Origin: Patescibacteria group bacterium
GTDB lineage: Bacteria > Patescibacteriota > Patescibacteriia > Magasanikbacterales > UBA922
DNA: 64,000 nucleotides
Assembly: GCA_041651535.1 (NCBI GenBank)
Contig: JBAZIZ010000003.1
Coordinates: forward strand, 19,357-83,356
Direction of reading: 5' to 3'
The notes below the pieces were generated by a model. The model made no database searches. It had not been told where the DNA came from and saw only the letters and a program-made list of their open reading frames with translations. The position numbers and the translations under genes are program-made. Numbering within the stretch: position 1 is the first letter of the stretch; every line of letters starts with the position of its first letter. Below are positions 17,990 through 27,545 of the stretch, piece by piece.

Positions 17990-18042
17990 ACAGAAAACTC
18001 CCTTGTAAGGAGTTTTATTTTAAAATTTTGCATTTTTAATTT
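17990..18042 (-). terminator. intrinsic terminator (actcccttgtaaggagt plus T-run on the minus strand) with ttttgcattttt spacer
   Basis: Directly downstream of the stop of the 18043..19581 gene. Confidence 0.5.
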
Positions 18043-19581
18043 TTAATTCAGTAGGCTTTTCCCTGTCATTTCTTTTGGAATTTCAATTTGTAATTCAGTC
18101 AAAATTGTTGGTGCAATATCAGCTAAATTTCCCGAAGGATAAACTAAACTCAAGTCTCCGTTGATTGAATCATTTTTGACAATCTTTTTTCCACGTAAAC
18201 TATTTTTAATAATCAAAAAAGGTATAGTTTCAACCACATTTATTCCTAATAATTCTTTTTTTACATAACTAGAACTTATAAACAAAGTTCCATCTTTAGC
18301 TAGGCAATAATCAGCAATTTTTTTTATTTGTTTATCTAAAAGTAAAATATTTTTTTTGATTTTTTCTTTATCAGAAACAAAGTCTGCTGTCAGATCTAAA
18401 ATTGAATAGTTAGCTAAATAAAAATCAAAATTATCATTATTAATATTTTTAATAATTTTATTTGTTGTCGTCTTAGTAGTTTTTCTTAAATATTCATTAT
18501 AATCTCCTGTTATTGATAATTTTACCATTTCATCTGTTTCATTTTCAAAAGCATCATTAATTTTTCCGTTAAAATAATAAGTTACGTGAGAAAATTTTTC
18601 TGGTCCAGCTAAATGTAATTGTTTAAATTTATTTTTACTCAACGTTTCGGTCAAAGAATTGTATATAAAAAATTTTGGAAACGCTACTAAAGCTGGTAAT
18701 TCTTTATCATATTCTGTTAAAGTAATTACAAGATTTTCTAAATGATCAAAAATTATAGGAAATTTTGTAAAAGATGGTAACGCAAAAGCTTTTGTAAGTT
18801 GTCGCATACCAACAGAAGAATGATTGAAAAAAAAGATTAAATCATTTTTGTTAAAATTATATTGAACCTGTTTAATTTTTATTGGACTTTTTTCCAGCAA
18901 AGAAAAATCAGCCAAAATATTTTTTAGATCAAATGATTCTATATCCGAAGAATTACAGATAGTTTTATATACTTTTTCAGTTCTATCCCAATGTCTATCC
19001 ATATCCATCGCAAAATTTTTTCCAGACAAACTAGCCAAAATAACATTATGATTATTTTTTATCTTTGCTAAAAAATTTTCTAGAATTTTTTTATTATTTT
19101 CATCCATTGTATTTTCAGTATCTAAAAAAATATGTAAAAAAATCTTTTTTTTACTAACATTTTTGTAAAATTCTAATAAAGAAAGAAGATGTTTTTCATC
19201 AGAAAATTGTTTATCTATTCCCAAAAAACCAGCTAAATGTAAATTGGAATTATTTTTTTGTAAAAATTCAATACTTTTCAACAAAATTTTATTTTCAAAA
19301 AAAGTTTTATCAGTTATTGCTCTATCAATTTTTTCTCTGGTTGAATAACAAAGACGACCAGCCCCAATATTTAAATGTCCAGCAATTGAATTTCCCTTTT
19401 CATCGTCAGAAGAACCAATTTGTCGACCAGCACTATACAAAGTTGTTGCAGGATATTCTTTGGAAAAAAAATAAAAATTTGGCAATATTTTTTTGCTAAG
19501 TAAATTTTCTTCACTTTCTGGAGCTATACCAAATCCATCAAGCAAAATAAGTACTGTCGGTTTTTTTATTTTTTCCAACAT
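18043..19581 (-). CDS. divergent paralog of cofactor-independent phosphoglycerate mutase (alkaline-phosphatase superfamily); probable pseudo-enzyme
   Basis: N-terminal LILLDGFG and GNSIAGHLNIGAGR (catalytic Ser context) are conserved. The DGRD and ADHGN metal-ligand motifs present in the neighbouring gpmI are replaced (DTEN; none). Confidence 0.6.
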   Translation of the reverse strand: MLEKIKKPTVLILLDGFGIAPESEENLLSKKILPNFYFFSKEYPATTLYSAGRQIGSSDDEKGNSIAGHLNIGAGRLCYSTREKIDRAITDKTFFENKILLKSIEFLQKNNSNLHLAGFLGIDKQFSDEKHLLSLLEFYKNVSKKKIFLHIFLDTENTMDENNKKILENFLAKIKNNHNVILASLSGKNFAMDMDRHWDRTEKVYKTICNSSDIESFDLKNILADFSLLEKSPIKIKQVQYNFNKNDLIFFFNHSSVGMRQLTKAFALPSFTKFPIIFDHLENLVITLTEYDKELPALVAFPKFFIYNSLTETLSKNKFKQLHLAGPEKFSHVTYYFNGKINDAFENETDEMVKLSITGDYNEYLRKTTKTTTNKIIKNINNDNFDFYLANYSILDLTADFVSDKEKIKKNILLLDKQIKKIADYCLAKDGTLFISSSYVKKELLGINVVETIPFLIIKNSLRGKKIVKNDSINGDLSLVYPSGNLADIAPTILTELQIEIPKEMTGKSLLN

Positions 19582-19583
19582 AA

Positions 19584-21179
19584 TTATTTTTTTATCAATA
19601 AACTTTTTCCAGTCATTTCTCGGGCTTTTTCAATATCCATAATTTCTAACAAAGTTGGAGCAACATCTGCCAAAATACCGTCTTGTAATTTACAATTCTT
19701 ATATTTTTTAGAAACTAAAACACAAGGGACGGGATTAGTTGTATGTTCAGTCATCATTTCATTTGTTTTTAAATCTATCATCATATCTGCATTACCATGA
19801 TCAGCAATAATCAAAGCTTGTCCATTTTTTTTCAAAATTTCTTTCACTAATTTAGCAACATTTTTATCTACAGTTTTTACTGCTTTTTGTGTAGCCAAAA
19901 AATTTCCTGTATGCCCTACCATATCTGCATTGGGAAAATTAACACAAATAAAATCATACTTATCTTTTTGCAAATAATCTAAAATCTTTTTTGTCATTTT
20001 TTCAGTATTCATTTCTGGTTTGTCAGCGTAAGAATATTCGATTGGAGATTTTACAACTTCTCTTTTTTCACCATCAAGCGGATCAGGGAAACCACCATTT
20101 ATAAAGTAAGTAATGTGAGCATATTTTTCAGTTTCAGAAATATATAATTGGCGACGATTACCATCGATAACTGTCGGTAAACAATTTTTTATATCTGGAC
20201 TAGGAAAAGCTGTGAAAATATAAGGTAAATCTGGACCAAAATCAGTCATGGCTACAAAACGAGTATTCTTTGGATATTTTTTTCTGATAAAAGCATTATT
20301 TCTTTCACTAAAATCAGGTTGTACAAAAGCTTTAGTAATTTGACGAGCACGATCACTGCGAGCATTAAAAAAAATAATTACATCATCATTATTTATTGTC
20401 GTAATTGGTTTACCTTTTTCATCAACAATTACTGTTGGTTCTACGTATTCGTCTGTCTCATTTTTATTATAAGCTGTCTCTAAAGCAGTCGCAGCATCTT
20501 TTTCTAATATTCCTTCACCTAAAACCATCGCATTGTAAGCTTTGGCAGTTCTTTCCCAAATTTTATTTCTATCCATAGCATAAAATCTACCCATAATCGT
20601 AGCAATTTTTTCATGAGGTTGTAAAAAATTTTTTAAATCTTTTAAAAAAGTAGTAGCTCCATGAGGTGAAGAATCTCGACCATCAGTAATTAAATGTAAA
20701 AAAACTTTTTCTTGTCTTTCTCTTCTAAGCAATTCTAAAGTTGCATAAAGATGCTGTGGATTAGCATGAGCACTATTTCCATTTGTAAGCAAACCAAAAA
20801 TATGAACAGCGGTTTTGTATTTTTTTGCGTGATAAATTGCTTGCTTAAAAGCTTGGTTTTTAAAAAAAGTTCCATCTTTTATAGCATCAGAAATAATCAC
20901 TAAATCTTGTTTGACTATACGACCGGCTCCAATATTTAAATGTCCAGCTTCAGAATTTCCTTGTTGTCCTTTGAATAAACCAACATTTTCTCCATAAGTT
21001 TTCAAAATTGAACTTGGATATTTTTTTAAATAAGAAAAAATATTTGGAGCTGTTTTTGGTGTGATAGCATTACCGATATTTTTTTGATCTGCTAAACCAA
21101 AACCATCCAAAATAATAAGCATTGTCGGTGAAATTTTATTTTTTAACATATAAAAATTATCTATTATCGCCAGAACCAT
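19584..21179 (-). CDS. gpmI: 2,3-bisphosphoglycerate-independent phosphoglycerate mutase
   Basis: 531 aa with LIILDGFG, GNSEAGHLNIGAGR, DGRD and ADHGN motifs all present. Confidence 0.85.
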   Translation of the reverse strand: MVLAIIDNFYMLKNKISPTMLIILDGFGLADQKNIGNAITPKTAPNIFSYLKKYPSSILKTYGENVGLFKGQQGNSEAGHLNIGAGRIVKQDLVIISDAIKDGTFFKNQAFKQAIYHAKKYKTAVHIFGLLTNGNSAHANPQHLYATLELLRRERQEKVFLHLITDGRDSSPHGATTFLKDLKNFLQPHEKIATIMGRFYAMDRNKIWERTAKAYNAMVLGEGILEKDAATALETAYNKNETDEYVEPTVIVDEKGKPITTINNDDVIIFFNARSDRARQITKAFVQPDFSERNNAFIRKKYPKNTRFVAMTDFGPDLPYIFTAFPSPDIKNCLPTVIDGNRRQLYISETEKYAHITYFINGGFPDPLDGEKREVVKSPIEYSYADKPEMNTEKMTKKILDYLQKDKYDFICVNFPNADMVGHTGNFLATQKAVKTVDKNVAKLVKEILKKNGQALIIADHGNADMMIDLKTNEMMTEHTTNPVPCVLVSKKYKNCKLQDGILADVAPTLLEIMDIEKAREMTGKSLLIKK

Positions 21180-21486
21180 TTATTTTGTTTCTTTCCAATC
21201 TGGAAAATAATTTATTTAAATTTGTGTTAGCAACATCTTCTAAATCAATTTTTAATTCATGAGACAAATTAGAAATATACCATAAGACATCACCCAATTC
21301 TTTTTTTATTTCTTCTTTTTTTATTTCTGAAACAACACCGTTATCATCTCTGATTATTTTTTTTATTTTTTCTGCAACTTCACCTGCCTCACCCATCAAA
21401 CCAAGAGTTGGATAAATGAAATTGTTATCTTTATCAGGATAACTCGCGGTTTTTCTAGCTTCTTTTTGATATTCATTAAATTCCAT
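21157..21486 (-). CDS. MazG-like nucleotide pyrophosphohydrolase (small single-domain form)
   Basis: EAGEVAEK...ELGDVLWY EExxE/D helix motifs typical of the MazG/NTP-PPase fold. Confidence 0.65.
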   Translation of the reverse strand: MEFNEYQKEARKTASYPDKDNNFIYPTLGLMGEAGEVAEKIKKIIRDDNGVVSEIKKEEIKKELGDVLWYISNLSHELKIDLEDVANTNLNKLFSRLERNKINGSGDNR

Positions 21487-21510
21487 ATTTTTTAATTTTT
21501 ACTTTTGACT

Positions 21511-22764
21511 TTAATTTAACTCTTCTTCAATTTCCATCAAACGATTATATTTCTCTACTCTTTCTGAACGAGACAAAGAACCAGTTTTTATAAAATCAGA
21601 ATTAACTGCCACAGCTAAATCAGCAATAAAAGTGTCAGCAGTTTCTCCCGAACGATGTGAAACTGAAACTTTGTAATTATTTTTCTTGGCTAAATAAATT
21701 GCATCAATAGTTTCAGACAAAGTTCCAATTTGATTTAATTTGATTAACACAGCATTTGCGACTTTTTCTTTTATTCCTTTTTGTATTCTTTCAGTATTAG
21801 TTACAAATAAATCATCGCCAACTAAAGAAATCTTCTTACCTAATTTTTTTGTAAGTAATTCCCAATTTGTCCAATCATCTTCAGCCAAAGCATCTTCAAT
21901 AGAAACAAAAGGATATTTTTTAACCCAAGTTTCTAAAATTCCAATCATTTTTTCTCCACTGATAGCTTCTTTTTTGCCAAAAAAATAATATTTATTATCA
22001 CGATAAAATTCGCTAGCGGCAATATCTAAAGCAAGAAAAACATTTTTTCCTGGTAGATAGCCCGCAGTTTTTATAGCATTTAAAACAAATTCTATTGCTC
22101 TTTCATTGTTCAATAAATCAGGAGCAAAACCACCCTCATCGCCAACAGAAGTTGCATAACCTTTTTGATTCAAAAGACCAGCTAAAGCATGAAAAATTTC
22201 TGCACCCATTCTCACTCTTTCTGACATTTTTTTATGAACTGGTACAATCATAAATTCTTGACAACTCAAATTATTATCAGCATGACGTCCGCCATTTATA
22301 ATATTCATTGTGGCAAAAGGCATACGCCAATTTTTTTCTGGCAATCTATAAGTTTGTCTTATATATTTATATAATGGTTGTTTTTTTGAATCAGCTACCG
22401 CTCGAGCAGACGCTAAAGAAACTGATAAAATAGCATTAGCTCCGAGTTTGGTTTTATTTTTTGTTCCATCAATTTTTAGCATTGTTTCATCTAATTTTCT
22501 TTGATTTTCAGCGTCAAAATTTTTTAAATTTTTAGCAAGAATAGAATTGACATTTTTTACTGCTTTTAAAACTCCTTTTCCTCCATATCTTTTTGATTTA
22601 TCACGCATTTCTAAAGCTTCATGAGTACCAGTACTTGCTCCACTTGGTACAGCAGATTTACCACAAGAACCATCAACCAAAATAACTTTTGTTTCTATTG
22701 TCGGATTACCACGAGAATCCAAAATTTCTCTTGCTTTAATTTCTTTAATCAGTGTTTTTTTCAT
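21511..22764 (-). CDS. eno: enolase (phosphopyruvate hydratase)
   Basis: IKEIKAREILDSRGNPTIE N-terminus and the C-terminal ...SHRSGETED-like signature (SHRSGETADTF). Confidence 0.92.
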   Translation of the reverse strand: MKKTLIKEIKAREILDSRGNPTIETKVILVDGSCGKSAVPSGASTGTHEALEMRDKSKRYGGKGVLKAVKNVNSILAKNLKNFDAENQRKLDETMLKIDGTKNKTKLGANAILSVSLASARAVADSKKQPLYKYIRQTYRLPEKNWRMPFATMNIINGGRHADNNLSCQEFMIVPVHKKMSERVRMGAEIFHALAGLLNQKGYATSVGDEGGFAPDLLNNERAIEFVLNAIKTAGYLPGKNVFLALDIAASEFYRDNKYYFFGKKEAISGEKMIGILETWVKKYPFVSIEDALAEDDWTNWELLTKKLGKKISLVGDDLFVTNTERIQKGIKEKVANAVLIKLNQIGTLSETIDAIYLAKKNNYKVSVSHRSGETADTFIADLAVAVNSDFIKTGSLSRSERVEKYNRLMEIEEELN

Positions 22765-22920
22765 AAAAAAATATTATTAATAACTTAGTAAATTATATCA
22801 AAAATGAGTTACTAATTCAAGGTAAAAAGCATATAAGACAGGAAGTATATAAGCAAGTAAGAAAAAAATACTTATTAGCTTACTGGCTATATTTGCCTGC
22901 CTGCAATTTTAAAAATAAAA

Positions 22921-22969
22921 AAACAGCCATATTTCAGACTGTTTTTAATTTCTAATTAAATTATTGATT
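22921..22969 (-). terminator. terminator hairpin acagccatatttcagactgt plus T-run downstream of the SIMPL-domain gene
   Basis: Same hairpin family as 9404 and 34545. Confidence 0.4.
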
Positions 22970-23827
22970 TTACTTTATTTCAAAAGTAATACTTACGTTT
23001 AATTTAACTTCTTCTGAACCTTCAGAAACAGTTGGAGTAGAAGCACCGCCTAATCCATAAGCCATACTTGAATCCGTTTTTGCATAATAAACAGGATAAC
23101 TATTATCAGAATATTCATTATAAGAAATTACATCAACAAAATTTACTCCTAAACTTTCTGATAAAATAGTAATTTGTTTTTTAGCTTTTTCTAAAGCATC
23201 TGCTCTAGCTAAATCTGTGTAATGGTCTCGATCATCAACTATCCATTCTAAATTTCCAATATTAGTAATACCAATAGAACCAGCCAAAGACAAAACTTCT
23301 GATGTTTTTGCTGTATCTTTTATTTTAACAGTAACTTGTTGACTTACTTCATAAGCATCTAAAGTTCTACCATCATTTTCAGTCCAATTATAAATTGGAT
23401 TAACATTATAATTTGTAGTTTGGATATCTTCATTAGCAATACCTAAATTTTTTAATCCTTCCAAAAATTTATTCATGGTTTCAGTATTTTTACTTTGTGC
23501 TTCTTCAACTGTTATAGCTTCGCTAGTAACTCCAAGAACAAGACGAGCAACATCAGGTTTAATTACTGAAGAACCATCAACATTAATTGTAATCATTTTT
23601 TGATTTTTATCACTAAGACCAATATAATTATATTTCTTGATTTCATTTCTTATTAAAACTCCAATAAAAACAATCACATAAACTAATAAAATTCCTAAAA
23701 AAGTCATCATCAACTTTTTTGGAAACTCACACGAACCACAAGCAAGAGAACAAAGACATTTTTTTTCTTTATTGTCTGTTTTGATCTCAAGCTCTGGAGT
23801 TTGAGATACATTTTTTTTGACAGGCAT
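22970..23827 (-). CDS. SIMPL-domain (DUF541) membrane-anchored protein
   Basis: An N-terminal cytoplasmic Cys-rich tail (CLCSLACGSCEF), one TM, then a SIMPL-like pattern (ITINVDGSSVIKPDVARLVLGV...). Confidence 0.5.
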   Translation of the reverse strand: MPVKKNVSQTPELEIKTDNKEKKCLCSLACGSCEFPKKLMMTFLGILLVYVIVFIGVLIRNEIKKYNYIGLSDKNQKMITINVDGSSVIKPDVARLVLGVTSEAITVEEAQSKNTETMNKFLEGLKNLGIANEDIQTTNYNVNPIYNWTENDGRTLDAYEVSQQVTVKIKDTAKTSEVLSLAGSIGITNIGNLEWIVDDRDHYTDLARADALEKAKKQITILSESLGVNFVDVISYNEYSDNSYPVYYAKTDSSMAYGLGGASTPTVSEGSEEVKLNVSITFEIK

Positions 23828-23880
23828 ATCTTTAAATTAAAAAATAAAAAGTAAAAATTAAAAAAATTTTTATCAAATAT

Positions 23881-23893
23881 ATTATAACACAAA
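23881..23893 (-). promoter_or_regulatory. extended -10 promoter motif TTTGTGTTATAAT (minus strand)
   Basis: Identical 13-mer 54 nt upstream of the SIMPL gene start. Confidence 0.4.
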
Positions 23894-23959
23894 AAAATAA
23901 AAATTCAAAATTAAAAAGTAAAAATTATTAAATCTAACTTGTCTACCGATAGGCAGAAA

Positions 23960-25153
23960 TCATAAATTTTCTATTCCTGGCAAAGTTTCTTTGGCAATAT
24001 ATTCAAGCATTGCTCCACCGCCAGTAGAAACTAAATCTATATTATTTTCTATTTTTAATTCATTAACAATTTGAACGGTTTCTCCACCACCAACAACACC
24101 AAAAGCTTTTCCTTTTGATCTATCTGAGACTAAACGCGCGACAGATTTTGTTCCATTGTCAAAAGGTTTTTTTTCAAAAAATCCCATCGCCCCATTCCAA
24201 ACCAAAGTATTTGCTTTACGAATATATTTAGAAAATAATAAAATTGTCTCTGGCCCAATATCAAAAATTTTTTCTCCTGTTTTACAAATATTTTTTTTCT
24301 TCTTATCAATTTTTACAGTTCGATAATTATTAAAATTTTTATCAGCCACAACTACATCAATTGGCAAAATAATTTTTTTGTTTTGACAAATACGGGCTAT
24401 TTCTTTTTTGTATTCTTCATCACAAATCGAGTCACCAATATTATATTTTAAAGCTTTTAAATATGTATTTAAAATTCCGCCACCAATTAAAATAAAATCG
24501 GTTTTTCCTAGCAAAGAATTTATCACCGGAATCTTTGTCTCCATTTTTACTCCACCCAAAATTGCTACATAAGGTAATTTAAAATTTTTACTTATCCGAT
24601 TTAATCCTTTAATTTCTTTTTCTAATAAAAATCCTGCATAACTAGGTAAAAATTTTGTGATACCAGTTACACTAGCTGCTTGACGATGAGCAACTGAAAA
24701 ACCATCCAAAACAAACAAATCTCCCCAAGAAGCTAAAATTTCAGTTAAAGATCCATTTTCTTTATCTTCTTCTTTAGAAAATCTAATGTTATCAAACATA
24801 ACAGCCGAACCTGCACGCATTTTTTTTATTTCATTTTCTATTTCTGCTAAACGTTTTTTATTAAAAATCAAATTACGCGTTTCTATTTTTTTTACTTTCT
24901 TTTTTAAAAGTTTTTGTAATTCTTCTAAAATTGGATCGACTTTCAAAGAAGAAACTACTTTACCTTCTGGACGACCGACATGAGTTATTAGTAAAACTTT
25001 TGCTTTAGCTTTAAGCAAAAAATTTATAGTCTCTAAACTAGCTTTGATTTTTGTATTATCCAAAACTTTTTTATTTTTAATCGGAACATTAAAATCTACA
25101 CGTAATAAAACTGTTTTTCCTGATAATTTTTTAATATTTTTTAAACTTTTCAT
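23960..25153 (-). CDS. pgk: phosphoglycerate kinase
   Basis: ...GKTVLLRVDFNVP... N-terminal signature; 397 aa. Confidence 0.9.
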   Translation of the reverse strand: MKSLKNIKKLSGKTVLLRVDFNVPIKNKKVLDNTKIKASLETINFLLKAKAKVLLITHVGRPEGKVVSSLKVDPILEELQKLLKKKVKKIETRNLIFNKKRLAEIENEIKKMRAGSAVMFDNIRFSKEEDKENGSLTEILASWGDLFVLDGFSVAHRQAASVTGITKFLPSYAGFLLEKEIKGLNRISKNFKLPYVAILGGVKMETKIPVINSLLGKTDFILIGGGILNTYLKALKYNIGDSICDEEYKKEIARICQNKKIILPIDVVVADKNFNNYRTVKIDKKKKNICKTGEKIFDIGPETILLFSKYIRKANTLVWNGAMGFFEKKPFDNGTKSVARLVSDRSKGKAFGVVGGGETVQIVNELKIENNIDLVSTGGGAMLEYIAKETLPGIENL

Positions 25154-25158
25154 AAAAA

Positions 25159-25782
25159 TTGTTTATTTGTTTTATTTTTGTTATACTTAATTATATCACT
25201 TTTGTGATCTTTTACAAAATAATTTTTAATCTTAAATATATGGATGTCCCAGAAAAAATTAAAGATTTCAAAAAAAGTTTTTTTGATTTTACAATTTTTA
25301 TTGTTCTCACAATTTTGACTATTTTATTTGTTTATAATTTTAGTCTTCTCTTTTTTCCCAAACTAGAATTAGATGATTGCTATAGTTATAAATATGCCAA
25401 TATCAGAAGTGAAACTTGTTCTTATGACCAAAATTATATTGATGAATGTTATACAAATGGTAATGACATTATTTATAAAAGTAATTGTGAAATGGAATGT
25501 TCAACTTGTGAAAAAGAACATCAACAAATTCGTGAAGATTATAGAGAACAGACAACTTGGTTTAAAATAATTTTTTCAGCAATAATAGCAATTATTTTCC
25601 TCTTCATACCTATCAGAGAAAAATTGGTTAGTTATGCTTTGATTGGTGGTTCAATGATTTCGCTTTTATTTGCTACGATTGTTTCTTTTGATACTATCTT
25701 TGATAGATTTTTCCCAATCGTTGTTTTTGTAGAGACACTCTTAATTATATTTATCTATTATAAGATGAAAAAAAGAAATTAA
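25159..25782 (+). CDS. hypothetical membrane protein
   Basis: Hydrophobic termini with a central Cys-rich segment. An alternative ATG at 25240 is the more plausible start. Confidence 0.35.
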   Translation: MFICFIFVILNYITFVIFYKIIFNLKYMDVPEKIKDFKKSFFDFTIFIVLTILTILFVYNFSLLFFPKLELDDCYSYKYANIRSETCSYDQNYIDECYTNGNDIIYKSNCEMECSTCEKEHQQIREDYREQTTWFKIIFSAIIAIIFLFIPIREKLVSYALIGGSMISLLFATIVSFDTIFDRFFPIVVFVETLLIIFIYYKMKKRN

Positions 25783-25937
25783 GCAAAAAAGTTTTTGAAA
25801 AAATATTGTAATTTGCCCCACTCAGGGGCTTTTTTATTCTCTAACTTTTTATTTCCTAAATCTAGAATTTAAAATCTTAAATTTAAAAAAACCTGTTTTT
25901 AAAACAGATTTTTTTATTATAGAATATAAAATTATTT

Positions 25938-26942
25938 TTATTTCTTCGCCATGATCTCCGCCATCTCCACTAAACGATTTGCATAACCCCATTCATTATC
26001 ATACCAAGCAATTATTTTTACCATATTATCATCGACTACTTTTGTCAAAGTTAGATCAACTATTGAGGAATTACTATTACCAATAAAATCACTAGAAACT
26101 AATGGTTCAGAAGTAACACCTAAAATTCCTTTTAATTTACCTTTACTAGCTTTTATCAAAGCATCATTTATTTGTTTTTCTGTAGCATTTTTTTTCAATA
26201 AAACAGTTATATCTGACAAAGATACAGTAATAGTTGGGACACGTATTGCTAAACCATCAAATTTATTTTCAATTTCTGGTAAAACTTTAGCAGTAGCAAT
26301 TGCAGCGCCAGTAGAAGTCGGCACCATATTTTGAGCGGCAGCTCTAGCTCGACGCAAATCTTTATGAGGAGAATCTTGCAAACGTTGGTCAGCTGTATAA
26401 GCATGAATTGTAGTCAACATTGCTTTTTCAACTCCAAAATTTTCACTTAAAACTTTCATTACTGGTGCTGTACAATTTGTTGTACAAGAAGCATTATTAA
26501 TAACTTCTTCTCCTGAATAGATACTGTCATTTATACCACGAACATAAGTCTTTACATCTTCACCTTTTGCAGGGGCTGATAAAATAACTTTTTTAGCTCC
26601 AGCTTTTAAATGTAATTTTAAACCTTCATTGTTTGTAAAAACTCCAGTTGATTCGATAACTACATCAATTTTTAATTTTTTCCAAGGTAGCATGCTTGGA
26701 TCTTTTTCAGCAAAGACTTCAATTTTTTTGTTATTGATTATTAAAAATTTATCGGTGAAAGAAATTTTTAAACTAGTATCAGGATAAGCTGTATCATATT
26801 TTAATAAATGGGCTAAAGTTTTTGTATCAGTCAAATCATTGATAGCAATAACTTCTAAATTTTTCTTTTTTAAAGCTACTTTCAAAGCATGACGACCAAT
26901 GCGTCCAAAACCATTGATAGCTATTCTAGTTTTTTGTGACAT
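25938..26942 (-). CDS. gap: glyceraldehyde-3-phosphate dehydrogenase
   Basis: INGFGRIGR Rossmann motif and the ASCTTNC active-site motif. Confidence 0.92.
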   Translation of the reverse strand: MSQKTRIAINGFGRIGRHALKVALKKKNLEVIAINDLTDTKTLAHLLKYDTAYPDTSLKISFTDKFLIINNKKIEVFAEKDPSMLPWKKLKIDVVIESTGVFTNNEGLKLHLKAGAKKVILSAPAKGEDVKTYVRGINDSIYSGEEVINNASCTTNCTAPVMKVLSENFGVEKAMLTTIHAYTADQRLQDSPHKDLRRARAAAQNMVPTSTGAAIATAKVLPEIENKFDGLAIRVPTITVSLSDITVLLKKNATEKQINDALIKASKGKLKGILGVTSEPLVSSDFIGNSNSSIVDLTLTKVVDDNMVKIIAWYDNEWGYANRLVEMAEIMAKK

Positions 26943-27003
26943 AATTTTTTTAATTAAATTATTTATTTTTATTATTATAGCAAAATTAAATTTAAAAGTA
27001 AAT

Positions 27004-27106
27004 TTGACAAAAAATTTTTTTCTTTATATAATATAAATACTTTTTGGCACCTTTTCGAGAGAAAAGGCGGCTCCACACTCCACTCTGCTGGAGTGTAGTT
27101 TTTTAT
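27004..27106 (+). ncRNA. candidate small RNA: perfect TTGACA-17-TATAAT promoter, two hairpins, T-run
   Basis: TTGACA 27004-27009, 17-nt spacer, TATAAT 27027-27032. Downstream are CCTTTTC-gaga-GAAAAGG, then CACACTCCA-ctctgc-TGGAGTGTG, then TTTTTT. There is no ORF. Confidence 0.3.
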
Positions 27107-27110
27107 ATAA

Positions 27111-27536
27111 TTATTTAAATTGTTTTTTAAAAATATCTTTAATCTTAAAAAATTCTTCTGTTTCTAAAACACTGTCTTTGTGTAATAATCTTTTAATACT
27201 AATTATTCGACCTTGGCTTATATTAACTGACCTTATTTTTTTACCACCTGAAATAGAAATTTGATACCAAACAGAAGGATTTTTGGTCTTGGTTGTTAAT
27301 GGCAAAACAAAGCACATTTCTTTATTATATTTTTTTAATATAAGCACAGGACGATGAAATTTTTCATTTTTACCATCCATTTCAAATCCAACATTCCTGC
27401 CTAATGCCGCCCACCAAATTTGACCTTCGTAAAAATAAATGTCTTTTTTTGGATTGACATGTAAAAATAATTTATATTTAGTCCAATCTAAAAAATTTTT
27501 AAAAAGTTCGATAAAATTCCCCTCCTTATTTTTCAT
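27111..27536 (-). CDS. MazF/PemK/Kid-family endoribonuclease-like protein with a 35-aa N-terminal extension
   Basis: GQIWWAALGRNVGFEMDGKNEKFHRPVLIL...CFVLPLTTK...RSVNISQGRIISIKRL parallels Kid/PemK (GEIW...RPVLIV...VVPVTS...). No adjacent antitoxin ORF. Confidence 0.55.
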   Translation of the reverse strand: MKNKEGNFIELFKNFLDWTKYKLFLHVNPKKDIYFYEGQIWWAALGRNVGFEMDGKNEKFHRPVLILKKYNKEMCFVLPLTTKTKNPSVWYQISISGGKKIRSVNISQGRIISIKRLLHKDSVLETEEFFKIKDIFKKQFK

Positions 27537-27545
27537 AAAATTTAT

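Noticed and set aside
23710-23892. 60-aa ORF MCYNIFDKNFFNFYFLFF...
   Set aside because: Same artefact: it begins in the TTTGTGTTATAAT promoter box upstream of the SIMPL gene, and the rest is low-complexity AT-rich intergenic sequence.
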